From: Nitrososphaerota archaeon
GTDB lineage: Archaea > Thermoproteota > Nitrososphaeria_A > Caldarchaeales > Caldarchaeaceae
Direction: 5' to 3'
DNA length: 64,000 nucleotides
Assembly (NCBI GenBank): GCA_041641305.1
Contig: JBEPYN010000002.1
Span: 576,001-640,000 of the forward strand
Shown here: positions 28,026 to 37,482 of the stretch, piece after piece
How positions within the stretch are numbered: position 1 is the stretch's first letter
Layout of the letters: every line of letters starts with the position of its first letter
Notes under the pieces: generated by a model
Seen by the model: the letters and a program-made list of their open reading frames with translations, nothing else
What the model was told of the DNA's origin: nothing
Database searches by the model: none
Translations under genes and position numbers: made by a program

Positions 28026-28336
28026 GAAACACGCGCCCGTGAACCGCCTAAAACCTCGCTTACAACAGACTCGAGTATGTCCATGTTTTCGGAAAGCACG
28101 GGAGAGAGCCTGTATTTCACGTCATACCTTCCCTCATCCGCCTCGACTAAATTGTTCTCTATGAGAAACTCGAGGTGATGCAGGATGGTTTTGTAGTTTA
28201 GGCGCAGCGCTTTAGCGAGTTGGTTGGCGTTGGCGGGGCCGTCTCGAAGCTTTAAAATTATGAGCAAGCGGGTGGGGCCTCCGCGTGTTCCTAAAAGAAC
28301 CCAACGGAAAAAAGTCTTGATGGGCCTGTCCGACAA
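28007..28336 (-). CDS. ArsR-like winged-HTH regulator (archaeal GTRGG family)
   Basis: W.LLGTRGG.TR..I...L...P.NANQLA..L.LNYKTI.HHL..L.ENN. Confidence 0.88.
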   Translation of the reverse strand: MSDRPIKTFFRWVLLGTRGGPTRLLIILKLRDGPANANQLAKALRLNYKTILHHLEFLIENNLVEADEGRYDVKYRLSPVLSENMDILESVVSEVLGGSRARVSWARSG

Positions 28337-28363
28337 ATCAAGTACCTGAATAGTTGTCGAGAC

Positions 28364-29194
28364 TTAAGCTTTTCCCTTGTAAACGAGGGCGATGGGTCTC
28401 ACGAGAGAGCCTGTACCACCGACTATTTTCAAGGGGGTGACAACCAGCACCGAGACATATGCTTTGTCTCTGGCCAGCTCCTCGAGGTAGAGGCTTTTCA
28501 TCACATGTGTTCCGGCGTCGACGAGGAACATTAGATGGACTGTGAAGGGCTTCGGAACAGCCATGGCTAGGTTGTCGATACCGAGGAGGGAGATTTTATG
28601 GTCTATGAGCCATTTGGCCGATTCCTCAGTTATTCCTGCGAAGTCGTGCAGATACTTCTCCTTGTCTGTTGTGAAGTAGCGTGAGTACCCTGTTCTGATG
28701 AGGACTGCGTCTCCCTCGTTTATCTCCGTTTTCTGAAACTTGAGGGCCTCCTCCAAATCCTGTGCTGTTATGCCGTAGCGTGGCGGGAGAATGTCGAGGT
28801 TCTTTGACGCAGGGATGTCAAGCAGGACGGCTCTCTTGACGTAGATGGGTATTTCCTCGGTGCCGTACTTTATGTAGCCGCTGTGTTTAACAATTTCAGC
28901 TGCCTTGACACCGTTATGCAGTATCCCATCGCGGGCCATGTGGCATTTGGCATCAATATGTGTCCCGGAATGCATGCTGGTTATCACAAGCTCCATCGAG
29001 TCCGAGAACCCGGGAGCAACTTTTTCAAACAGCTTCTTAGTGTACTCGTGGTACCTGTAAATCACCATAGAGTATGGAGGGTCTTCGGGGTGGACGGGCA
29101 TGCCGTTGAAATATGGTTGCCCGAGGTCGTACACCTTCGCAGAGGAAACCATTTTCACAAAATCTTCAAGAGAGGTCATGACAAACTTATTCAT
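28364..29194 (-). CDS. Cyclase family metal hydrolase (kynurenine formamidase-like)
   Basis: HSGTHIDA, GDAVLIRTG, LGID, PLKIVGGTGS.VRP. Confidence 0.9.
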   Translation of the reverse strand: MNKFVMTSLEDFVKMVSSAKVYDLGQPYFNGMPVHPEDPPYSMVIYRYHEYTKKLFEKVAPGFSDSMELVITSMHSGTHIDAKCHMARDGILHNGVKAAEIVKHSGYIKYGTEEIPIYVKRAVLLDIPASKNLDILPPRYGITAQDLEEALKFQKTEINEGDAVLIRTGYSRYFTTDKEKYLHDFAGITEESAKWLIDHKISLLGIDNLAMAVPKPFTVHLMFLVDAGTHVMKSLYLEELARDKAYVSVLVVTPLKIVGGTGSLVRPIALVYKGKA

Positions 29195-29203
29195 GGCGAT
29201 GAT

Positions 29204-30418
29204 TTAAATTGTTTGTGAAAATGTTTTCACAATCCCTTTTTCCTCGAGTTCGCGGATTTTTCGACGGGAGTATCCCAATTGTCTGAGAATTGTTTCTGTG
29301 TGTTCACCGAGGCGGGGCGCAGGCCCCTGACTTGTTGGAAACCCTTGGAAAAACGCTGTAAGCCTGACTGCCAAGGCCTCGCCTATCGTGGGATGATGCA
29401 TCGGCGAGAACAATCCCAAGGATGCGAGGTTTTCATCGCTTAAAACATCTCTCAGCGAATAAACCGGGCCCGCGGGAATTCCCTCATTCTGAAATAGTGT
29501 GACCCATTCTTTCGAGGTTTTTTCTACGAGGGTTTTCTGGAGTTCGGAAGCCAAGTGGCCCCTGTTCCGAGGATTTATCCTGTCTTGATTGGTTCTGAAT
29601 CTCTCATCCTGCATCAAGTCTTCGCGTCCTATTGTGGTGCATAGGCGGCGCCACTGTTCATCGTTTCCAACGGCTACGACTATCCAGCCGTCCTTTGTTC
29701 GGAAGGGTTCGTAGGGTGCAAGCGCTGGGTACTTGTTGCCGAATGGCTTAACCTCCTGTTTGGTGACCCATGTGTCGACAAGCCACTGAGAAACAGCTGC
29801 AACACCCATCTGCAGCAAGGAAGAATCAATCTTAACCGCTTTCCTGTCACGTTTCCTGAGATGAAGAGCGGCGCATACCGCGGTTGCCGCACCGTAGGCG
29901 GCGAGAATGTCTGTGATGGGAACTGGTAGACGCATGGGTTCGGCTCCTTGTTCACGGTTCATCCACATCAGGCCGCTCATCGCCTGTACAACAACATCAT
30001 AGCCCTTGTAGTCTCGGTAAACACCCTGTGAACCAAAGCCCGAGATTGAGCAGTAAATGATTCGTTTGTTTAGACGTTTCACCTCTTCATAGGAGAGACC
30101 GAGTTTGGAGAGTGTTCCCGGTCTATAATTCTCTACCAAGACATCGACCCTGCGTACCAGTTTTTTGACTATTGCGAGTCCGTCTTCCTTCTTGATGTCG
30201 ACGGCGAGGCTGAGCTTGTTTCTGTTGTAGTTGATGAAGTAAAGGCTTTCACCTTTCACGATTTTTCCAAAGTGTCTTGCATCATCTCCATGCAGCGGAT
30301 GCTCCACTTTAACCACTTTAGCACCCATTTCGGCGAGAATTGCACCACACAATGGACCAGCGATAGCGGTACCTATCTCAAGCACAGACACATCTTCCAG
30401 CGGCGCAGCTGTTCTCAT
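29204..30418 (-). CDS. Family III CoA-transferase (CaiB/BaiF)
   Basis: IAGP, GA.VVKVE, NRNK.S, ENYRPG, SISGFG, GYD..VQAMSG, APRLGEHT. Confidence 0.94.
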   Translation of the reverse strand: MRTAAPLEDVSVLEIGTAIAGPLCGAILAEMGAKVVKVEHPLHGDDARHFGKIVKGESLYFINYNRNKLSLAVDIKKEDGLAIVKKLVRRVDVLVENYRPGTLSKLGLSYEEVKRLNKRIIYCSISGFGSQGVYRDYKGYDVVVQAMSGLMWMNREQGAEPMRLPVPITDILAAYGAATAVCAALHLRKRDRKAVKIDSSLLQMGVAAVSQWLVDTWVTKQEVKPFGNKYPALAPYEPFRTKDGWIVVAVGNDEQWRRLCTTIGREDLMQDERFRTNQDRINPRNRGHLASELQKTLVEKTSKEWVTLFQNEGIPAGPVYSLRDVLSDENLASLGLFSPMHHPTIGEALAVRLTAFFQGFPTSQGPAPRLGEHTETILRQLGYSRRKIRELEEKGIVKTFSQTI

Positions 30419-30486
30419 CTGAGGATGAATGTCTCTGAGGAATTTAAAATCAAAGTTAAAAGGTTCTACACATATTCTACTCTGCT

Positions 30487-31284
30487 ATGACCGAGTATAA
30501 ACACATCATCTACCAGAAATTTCCGGAAGACAAGGTGGCTGTCATAACTTTCAACAGACCTGAGGCGCGGAACGCCATGAGCGTGGCCATGTTGACTGAA
30601 TTTAATGATGCTCTGCACAAGGCTGCCGATGACCCGGAGGTTTGGTCGATTATTGTGACAGGTGCGGGTGATAAGGCGTTTTGCTCAGGAGGGGATGCGA
30701 AAGAGTTTCTAGCCAACGTTGAGGCGGGAAAAATCAGCGAGATAGAGAAGTTCAACAGGTTCAACCTCGATGTCTGGAGGTTTATGGAGAAGATGAGGAA
30801 ACCAATCATAGCCGCTGTCAACGGGTTCTGCAACATTGAGGTCATTCAGGCAGTGGATATTGTTATCACCAGCCAGAACGCGAAGTTTGGCCTTCCAGAG
30901 GTCACCATAGGCGTCAGCCCCGGAGCCGGGATAACTGTGAGAATCCCGCGTTTCCTCAGCAAATACTGGGCGAAGTATTTTCTGTTCACTGGTGAGTGGG
31001 TGTCGGCGGAGGAGGGCTACAGGCTCGGCTTCGTAAACAAGGTGGTTCCGCATGAGAAGCTGATGGAGGAGGCGATGGCCCTGGCCCGTAAGATAAACAA
31101 GAACGCGCCGCTCGCAGTCGGCGCTACGAAGGCATGCGTAAACCTCGGCGGAGAAATGCCGATAGACGAGGGAATGGAGTATCAGCTCAAGGAATCCATC
31201 CTGATGTTCTACACCGAGGACCTCAAAGAAGGAATAAGGGCGAGGTTTTACGAGAAGCGGGAGCCAAGATTCACAGGGAAATAG
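30487..31284 (+). CDS. Enoyl-CoA hydratase/crotonase family protein (lacks GGG motif)
   Basis: NRPEARNAM, AFCSGGD, KPIIAAVNG, FGLPEV.IG, EDLKEG..A..EKR.P.FTG. Confidence 0.9.
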   Translation: MTEYKHIIYQKFPEDKVAVITFNRPEARNAMSVAMLTEFNDALHKAADDPEVWSIIVTGAGDKAFCSGGDAKEFLANVEAGKISEIEKFNRFNLDVWRFMEKMRKPIIAAVNGFCNIEVIQAVDIVITSQNAKFGLPEVTIGVSPGAGITVRIPRFLSKYWAKYFLFTGEWVSAEEGYRLGFVNKVVPHEKLMEEAMALARKINKNAPLAVGATKACVNLGGEMPIDEGMEYQLKESILMFYTEDLKEGIRARFYEKREPRFTGK

Positions 31285-31869
31285 CTATTCACGAGGAGAA
31301 GGCTCCCTCACAAACAACCTATACTTTTCATCTTTGTTTTTTATTTCCTGAACAATTCTCTTGACTATGGCTTCGACAGGGTTTGGGAGACCGGTCCTGT
31401 TTTTCACATCTTCGAAGCTTGTGAAACTTGCGTTATCCCTCTCCGTCAAAAATTTTTGGAGCATCTTCTTCCCTATTCCGGGAACGAGCTCCAAGGCATG
31501 CATCCTAGGCGTCAGCATCCCGCTGTTGTTGATAAAATCAAGAAACCTCTGCGGATGCTCTTCAACAATTTTGTGGACAGCGGGCTCGAGGTTGGCGATA
31601 GCTGTCTCCGTCAAATCCATGTAATCTATTCTCCTAACTATCCGGAGAATTTCTCTCGGCACATCTCTCCCTATGTAGAGTTTTGTGCCTGGTTTTGGCT
31701 TGAATTTTTCGTTGACGGCGACTTCGAGAAGTGTGAAGAAATCTTCGCCAAGTAATTGTACGATGTATTCGTTGCGGTCGTGGTGAAATTTTTGGAACCC
31801 TGCTCTCTGCTGAGCGGGAAAAACGTCTAAAACATATCCATAATCCTCGTAACGTTTTTGACGCTGCAT
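31285..31869 (-). CDS. DUF655 putative RNA-binding protein
   Basis: EDYGYVLD, GEDFFTLLE, TPRMHALEL.PGIGKK, YRLFV. Confidence 0.92.
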   Translation of the reverse strand: MQRQKRYEDYGYVLDVFPAQQRAGFQKFHHDRNEYIVQLLGEDFFTLLEVAVNEKFKPKPGTKLYIGRDVPREILRIVRRIDYMDLTETAIANLEPAVHKIVEEHPQRFLDFINNSGMLTPRMHALELVPGIGKKMLQKFLTERDNASFTSFEDVKNRTGLPNPVEAIVKRIVQEIKNKDEKYRLFVREPSPRE

Positions 31870-31882
31870 GTTTTTTCCCGCT

Positions 31883-32239
31883 TTATTGAAGGCGGCCGGC
31901 TACAGCGTCTTCAACGAGCTTAACAACGGTCCGCATCTTTTCCTCTGAGAAGAGAAGGAAGGAGACAAGACGCTTGTATCCGCTTAAAATGGCTCGCAGC
32001 TCTTCAACGTTTCGTGGACATGTGTCGGCCACTTGAACAGCTTCTTCACGGGTTAAGCCTACATCCGTCATGAGCTTCTGGACGAGGAGCTCGGCTTGGT
32101 CAGGGGCCAGCTTCGCATATTTTTTGACGTATGTGTAAACCCTCGACTGGAGGGTGCTCAGTTCATCAGCTCTCTGCTCCATCAGCTTGGCGACAGTAGC
32201 CATCGGTATCTCTGTTTTAGACAATATTTTACGAGCCAT
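31883..32239 (-). CDS. rpo4: RNA polymerase subunit Rpo4 (F)
   Basis: Y..KYAKL, EEAVQ.AD.CP..EELRAIL; conserved position after rpl21e. Confidence 0.9.
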   Translation of the reverse strand: MARKILSKTEIPMATVAKLMEQRADELSTLQSRVYTYVKKYAKLAPDQAELLVQKLMTDVGLTREEAVQVADTCPRNVEELRAILSGYKRLVSFLLFSEEKMRTVVKLVEDAVAGRLQ

Positions 32240-32242
32240 CCT

Positions 32243-32530
32243 CTACTCAACTACCCCACGGATGTGGTCTGGCAGAATGGATAGAGTTTTTCCCTCTTTA
32301 CCGACCTTGACCACATAGCCTCTGCCCCGTTTCTCCACGATCACCCCTATCTTGCCGTGATACCGTCTATGTGGTGAGCCTTTCTGTACACTTGGGTCGA
32401 TTGCTATAAGGACACGGTCGCCTATTTTGTAGTCCCTCAAGTAGATGTCCGGCCTGGGCCCGCTTCTCGACCCCCGGGGCTTTTTAAGGTATCCTCTCGA
32501 TTTCCTACGGAAACCTTTAGACTGCGGCAT
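32243..32530 (-). CDS. rpl21e: 50S ribosomal protein L21e
   Basis: SKGFRRKSR, GDRV.I.IDPSVQKGSPHRRYHG. Confidence 0.96.
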   Translation of the reverse strand: MPQSKGFRRKSRGYLKKPRGSRSGPRPDIYLRDYKIGDRVLIAIDPSVQKGSPHRRYHGKIGVIVEKRGRGYVVKVGKEGKTLSILPDHIRGVVE

Positions 32531-32573
32531 GACCTGCGTCCGTTAAAGCTGTTTTAAGCTATGATAAAAGCGT

Positions 32574-33884
32574 TTATGCCTCAACCTTCAGCACGGTCAG
32601 CTCCATCGCCGTGGGAACAAGCCCCAACACATCGGCGAAGCTTGGCTTGGTGCGGCCGCCGTCTCCTGTGGCAAGCTCTTTAACATACAGTCCTCCCTGG
32701 CAGCTTATCTTGAATAACGCGGTTCTGCTGTCGATGAGCTCCGCCTCCACCGTGTAGACTGTTTTTCTGCGAAGCTTTTCAGCGCGGCGTCTGAGAACCC
32801 TCAACGGGGTCAGCTGCTCTACAACTGTGTTTCTGAAACGTGTCTCCAGCTCCTTGACCTTTGCGGGGTCGAGGTCTGCGTCGTAGAATGCCTTGAGTAG
32901 GTAGGTTTTTGCGGCTGTTGAGGCTGTTAGCTTAATCTGTCTCACCTGTCGCCGTGTTGTGTATGCTTCGAGAAAGACTGTGACGAGGCCTTGGGTGCTG
33001 GTGTTGATGTGTTGCTGAACCTCTTCGAGTGGGATTTTCCTCCGACGAGGCTGTTTCAGCTCGAGGATAAATGGCCGACCCTCACCCTCCACCAGCGCAT
33101 CAACATCCTCCCGACCAGCGGCATGAAACTTGTAATCAGCCGCTTGGTAAAGGGCTTTGGCCGGTTCTCCGACAAGCTCGGCCACGCTCGTCGGATACAG
33201 TCGCCCAGTGTATCCGCATTCCTGGCATCCGCGTCCCCAGCATTTTTTACAGTGCCAAGGTGACTGGGGCAGCTCCCTGCTGTGCTTGAGGTAGCGTCCG
33301 CTGATGAAGACCGGGTTGGGAATTGCTTCGACCCTGTCTCGGAAAAGGTCAACCGTTATGACGACGTCGGGTGAGCTGTGGTCAATTTTTTTCCCAGTGA
33401 TGTTGGCGAAAACCCTGCTTATTTCACGTTTTATCTCATTTCTGATGTTTTCTCCCTCCGTCAACCCCACCAAGGCCCTGAGCCTGTCCTCTGTGTTGAC
33501 AACTTCTCCGCTTGCCCTCGCCCCCACGAGAAACGTCTCAAACTCGATATCACGCAGCAACTCCACAGCCTTGTCAGCAGCTTTCCTGAACACCGTTTCA
33601 TTCAACAGCCCGTGGCAAAGGCCGCAGACACGCTTCTCAACAATTCTCCCCATCTCCTCAACATACTTCACCGCCTCATCCAACCCACCGTTAGAAGCGA
33701 GAATAAACACGGTGTCCACGTCTCTTCTCTTGACCGCGTCGAGGAGCAGCGCGATCTTCAGTACCCGGCCTTTCTCCCTATTGCTTATCTCGTGATGTAT
33801 GCGTGCAAACTGTCGGCCGAGGCAGTAGTCGCAGAGGGCCTCGCTCCTCAGCAGCAAGAGAGCATCATCCAGTATCGTCGACAA
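32574..33884 (-). CDS. pus10: tRNA pseudouridine(54/55) synthase Pus10
   Basis: LCDYCLGRQF, GRY.K..R..PQ..W, FHAAGREDVD, GGLYVKE..GD.GRT.PS. Confidence 0.95.
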   Translation of the reverse strand: MSTILDDALLLLRSEALCDYCLGRQFARIHHEISNREKGRVLKIALLLDAVKRRDVDTVFILASNGGLDEAVKYVEEMGRIVEKRVCGLCHGLLNETVFRKAADKAVELLRDIEFETFLVGARASGEVVNTEDRLRALVGLTEGENIRNEIKREISRVFANITGKKIDHSSPDVVITVDLFRDRVEAIPNPVFISGRYLKHSRELPQSPWHCKKCWGRGCQECGYTGRLYPTSVAELVGEPAKALYQAADYKFHAAGREDVDALVEGEGRPFILELKQPRRRKIPLEEVQQHINTSTQGLVTVFLEAYTTRRQVRQIKLTASTAAKTYLLKAFYDADLDPAKVKELETRFRNTVVEQLTPLRVLRRRAEKLRRKTVYTVEAELIDSRTALFKISCQGGLYVKELATGDGGRTKPSFADVLGLVPTAMELTVLKVEA

Positions 33885-33885
33885 T

Positions 33886-35217
33886 TTATCCTAGTCCTCT
33901 GGAGGATTTCAGAAGCTGTCTAAGCTGGCGGCTTTTCATCATCTTCTTGGATGCCTGGTAGCTGCGGAGAAGCTCCCGCACATCTTTCTCAAGCACGCCG
34001 GCTCCGTAGGCTATGCGGCGTATTCTTGAGCCGTCGAGGATGCTGGGGTTGGTTTTCTCCTCAGCCGTCATCGACTTGAGTATAGCGTTCCACTTCTTGA
34101 TTCTCTCCTGAGCTTTTTCGAGCTGGTCCTCGGGCAAGGCATCCATGCCCGGGAACGGGAGCCTTGCCAGCAGCTTCTTCAGGGGCCCGAGCTTTGTGAG
34201 GCTGTTAACCTGTTCAACCATGTCCTCGAGAGTGAACTTGCCTTTCAGAATTGCTTCGACCTGTTTCTCGTTGGCGCTTAGCTCAGCGAGCTTAACCCTC
34301 TCCACGATGCTCTCGATATCCGGCATACCGAGAAGCGAGGCGATATATGATGAGGGGTTGAAGGGCTGGAAATCTTCAACAGATTCACCTACTCCGACAA
34401 ACTTGACCGGAGCCCCAGTCTCCGCGACTGCGGCCAACGCTCCACCACCTCTCCCAGATGTGTCAAGCTTGGTGATGATTATCGAGCCAACCGGTGTTGC
34501 CTTGTGAAAAGCCGCGGCATGCACACCTGCCTGCTGCCCGATTGTTCCATCAATAACTAGGATGTTTTCATCGGGCTTCAACTCTTTCTCAAGCATCTTC
34601 ATCTCATCCATCAACTGTTCCTGCTGTCTGTGCCTCCCTGCTGTGTCAATAATCACCACATCCACACCCATCTGCTTAAAGTGCTCAAGCCCTCTTCTCG
34701 CTATCTCGACGGGGTTGTCGTTGTCCGGTTCACCGTAGACAGGTATCTGCCTCGGCTCGAGAAGCTGCTTCAACTGGTGATAGGCAGCGGGCCTGTATGT
34801 GTCTGCGCAGACCACTCCAACCTTGTAACCCTCAACCTTGAGATAGTTGGCCAGCTTCGCGGCCGTTGTTGTTTTCCCGGTTCCCTGTATACCGAGAAGC
34901 ATCACAACATAGGGTTTCTTGCCGCCTGTCGAGAACTTGGCCGGCTTCCCGCCCAGCAGGTTAATCAGCTCCTCGTAAACAATCTTCGCTACACTGTCTT
35001 TCCTGCTGACGCCCGGTGGCAGCTTCTCCTCAAAAGCCCTCGCCCTTATCCTGTCCGAGATTTTCTGAACAAGCTCCACCTTCACGTCAGCCATCAACAA
35101 AGAACGCTGAATACCTCTCACCAATTCCTCGACCGAGGCCTTGTCAGCCGAGGGTGAGGCTAGAAATTTCCTGAAAACCTCTTTCAGAGACTTTCCCATC
35201 GAGAAGACCGAGGACAT
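33886..35217 (-). CDS. srp54: Signal recognition particle 54 kDa protein
   Basis: GIQGTGKTT, DTYRPAA, DTAGRH, TKLD...GGGAL, M domain SMT.EE..P....SR.RRIA.GAG. Confidence 0.97.
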   Translation of the reverse strand: MSSVFSMGKSLKEVFRKFLASPSADKASVEELVRGIQRSLLMADVKVELVQKISDRIRARAFEEKLPPGVSRKDSVAKIVYEELINLLGGKPAKFSTGGKKPYVVMLLGIQGTGKTTTAAKLANYLKVEGYKVGVVCADTYRPAAYHQLKQLLEPRQIPVYGEPDNDNPVEIARRGLEHFKQMGVDVVIIDTAGRHRQQEQLMDEMKMLEKELKPDENILVIDGTIGQQAGVHAAAFHKATPVGSIIITKLDTSGRGGGALAAVAETGAPVKFVGVGESVEDFQPFNPSSYIASLLGMPDIESIVERVKLAELSANEKQVEAILKGKFTLEDMVEQVNSLTKLGPLKKLLARLPFPGMDALPEDQLEKAQERIKKWNAILKSMTAEEKTNPSILDGSRIRRIAYGAGVLEKDVRELLRSYQASKKMMKSRQLRQLLKSSRGLG

Positions 35218-35293
35218 CCCGTCACATAAGCAGGCCCCGAGGATTGTATTAAACATGCCTCGTTTAAATAAAGGCTTCTAAGACAGGTCGCTG

Positions 35294-36211
35294 ATGAAGG
35301 TGCTGGTTACGGGTTCGGAGGGGTTTGTCGGCAAGCATCTTAGAGAGTATCTTGGTGGACGGGGCTTTGAGGTTGTTGGAGCGGACATTTCGCCGGGAGC
35401 GGATGTCCGCATCGATGTAACAGATTTTGACGCCGTGTTGAAAACTTTTGAACAGCATCGTTTCGACGCGGTGGTTCATCTCGCAGCCGTCGCAGACATT
35501 CCCCTAAGCATGAAGGACCCGCATCGATGCTTCAAAGTCAATGTCTACGGCTCGCTCAACATTTTAGAGGCCTCGAGAAGAATGGGTTTGGATAGAGTGG
35601 TTGTGTTCTCGTCGGCCAACTATTACGGCGCCCCGTTGAAAACACCCGTTACCGAAGACACTCCACCCAACCCGCGGACACCATACGACTACTCCAAAGT
35701 GGCGCTCGAGAACGTTGCATGGAGCTATCATAGAAACCATGGCGTACCCCTCACTGTTCTGAGGCCTTGGAAAGCATTCGGCGAATATGAGCCCGGTGAA
35801 AAGATGGTGCCACGTTTCGTGAGAGCCTGCCTGGCCTCGGAGCCTATCCCATTGTTTAACGGGGGAGCGGATGTCACCGACCCCTACCATGTCGAAAACC
35901 TCTGCCACGCGGTTGAGCTTGGGCTGATAAGAGATGAGGCCGTCGGAGAGGCCTTCAACGTAGGGACAGGCAACGCCTTATCAGTCAGGGAATTGGCCGA
36001 GAAAATCAAACAACTAACAAACTCGTCATCAAGGCTCGAAACCCTTCCTCCCCGCACACCCGCCGAAGCAACCCCGATGAAAAGCATACCCTCAATCGAA
36101 AAGATAAAGACAAAACTGGGCTACACCCCGCAGGTGAGCCTCGAGCAAGGCCTCAAACGCGTGATAAACTTTATAGCCTCAAGACAACAAAACAGCAACA
36201 CGGGCCGGTAG
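35294..36211 (+). CDS. NAD-dependent epimerase/dehydratase (extended SDR)
   Basis: VTGSEGFVG, HLAA, SSA..YG, YDYSK, FNVGTG. Confidence 0.92.
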   Translation: MKVLVTGSEGFVGKHLREYLGGRGFEVVGADISPGADVRIDVTDFDAVLKTFEQHRFDAVVHLAAVADIPLSMKDPHRCFKVNVYGSLNILEASRRMGLDRVVVFSSANYYGAPLKTPVTEDTPPNPRTPYDYSKVALENVAWSYHRNHGVPLTVLRPWKAFGEYEPGEKMVPRFVRACLASEPIPLFNGGADVTDPYHVENLCHAVELGLIRDEAVGEAFNVGTGNALSVRELAEKIKQLTNSSSRLETLPPRTPAEATPMKSIPSIEKIKTKLGYTPQVSLEQGLKRVINFIASRQQNSNTGR

Positions 36212-36275
36212 ATCAGTCTGGAAGATCGTCCGCCTTGCACGCGGAAGGTCCGGGGTTCAAATCCCCGCCGGTCCA
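36202..36275 (+). tRNA. tRNA-Ala(UGC)
   Basis: GGGCCGG/CCGGTCC acceptor with G3:U70; TCCGC-CT-TGC-AC-GCGGA anticodon arm; CGGGG-TTCAAAT-CCCCG T arm; no encoded CCA. Confidence 0.96.
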
Positions 36276-36332
36276 GAAAAATTCTTGTATGTCATGAGAG
36301 TTTATTTGATGAGGACCCATGACAACCTTTGA

Positions 36333-36515
36333 TGGCTAATCTTCAAGCCAGAAAGAATAACATGGTTGACACAACCTACGATGGATAATCCGGGCGAATA
36401 TCTCGTATATGTTATGGACGCCAGTCTCCGCGCATCTGCGAACCCCGCCTTGGAGTATGCGGTTTTTGAGGCAAACAGTCTGGGGAAAAGCGGGTTGTCA
36501 ATTAGAGCATCATAA
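36333..36515 (+). pseudogene. 5' remnant of a class II-type CPD photolyase gene
   Basis: Hand translation WLIFKPERITWLTQPTMDNPGEYLVYVMDASLRASANPALEYAVFEANSLGK... matches the photolyase N-terminal pattern ERI..L....G.Y..Y.M..S.R...N.ALEYA...AN.LGK. No in-frame start precedes the ERI segment, and the frame stops after about 60 codons. Confidence 0.65.
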
Positions 36516-36565
36516 AGATTAGTATGGTTTTTGATTTTCTCTGCAAAATCTGAATGGTCGATGTT

Positions 36566-37420
36566 CTAGGGGCCGAGTGTTTCACGGAGGCTCAGTGTTT
36601 TTGGGAGATAGGTTGTGTTTTCTATGCCAGAGGAGGTGGTTACAACGTTGTCCTCAATCCTTACCCCGAATCTGCCGGGTAAATAGACGCCGGGCTCAAC
36701 CGTAAATATCATACCATTTTTTAACGGATTCTTGTTTCCGTTTTTGATGTACGGCTCTTCATGCACCTCCAATCCTAAGCCATGTCCTGTTCTATGTATG
36801 AAGTATTCGGCGAGGCCTTCATCGGCTATTATTTTTCTGGCGGCCCTGTCCACGTCTTCAGCTGGAATATCCGGCTTTGCTGTTTCTAGCGCGTTTTGTT
36901 GAGCCTCGAGAACAGTGTTGTAGACTTTGGTCAGGCTGTCTGTCGGTCTGCCCATACATACTGTCCGTGTGATGTCTGCGTAGTATCCTCTAAACGTTAA
37001 AGCCGCGTCGAAGACAACGACATCGTCACTCTTGACGGCTCTTGAGGTCGGTTCCAAGTGTGGCTTAGCGCTGTTGGGCCCTGATTGTATCAGACAATAT
37101 GATGTTTCTGCACCCAGCTCATATGCATGTTTGTGGAACCTAAACATAAGTTCCCTCTCCTTAACGCCGGGACAGAGTTCTGCTAATGTCCTCAGCATAG
37201 CCTCCTGAAGCATCCGGGCCGATTCCCTATGTCTAGACACTTCTTCCGAGTCCTTGCAGACTCTCAAACCCTGCAGAACCTCGTCAACCTCGACGAAACG
37301 CAGACGCACGGCCATTTTTTCAATCTTTTTAAACAATCCAAGGGTCATTCTTCCCTCGACTCCAGTGGGCTTACTCATAGCCTTCCTTGTCCTCAACCAA
37401 CTGTCGGCCTTCGTATTCAA
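36566..37420 (-). CDS. Xaa-Pro peptidase (M24B), N-terminal domain apparently truncated
   Basis: PH, D...Y.ADITRT, HRTGHGLGLEVHEEP, TVEPG.Y, GVRIED; only about 55 aa precede the catalytic domain. Confidence 0.82.
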   Translation of the reverse strand: MNTKADSWLRTRKAMSKPTGVEGRMTLGLFKKIEKMAVRLRFVEVDEVLQGLRVCKDSEEVSRHRESARMLQEAMLRTLAELCPGVKERELMFRFHKHAYELGAETSYCLIQSGPNSAKPHLEPTSRAVKSDDVVVFDAALTFRGYYADITRTVCMGRPTDSLTKVYNTVLEAQQNALETAKPDIPAEDVDRAARKIIADEGLAEYFIHRTGHGLGLEVHEEPYIKNGNKNPLKNGMIFTVEPGVYLPGRFGVRIEDNVVTTSSGIENTTYLPKTLSLRETLGP

Positions 37421-37482
37421 GATGGGTGATTACAGAGCAACCGTGGCACTCATAAGAGCTGCTCTGGGCATACCCACTTAAA

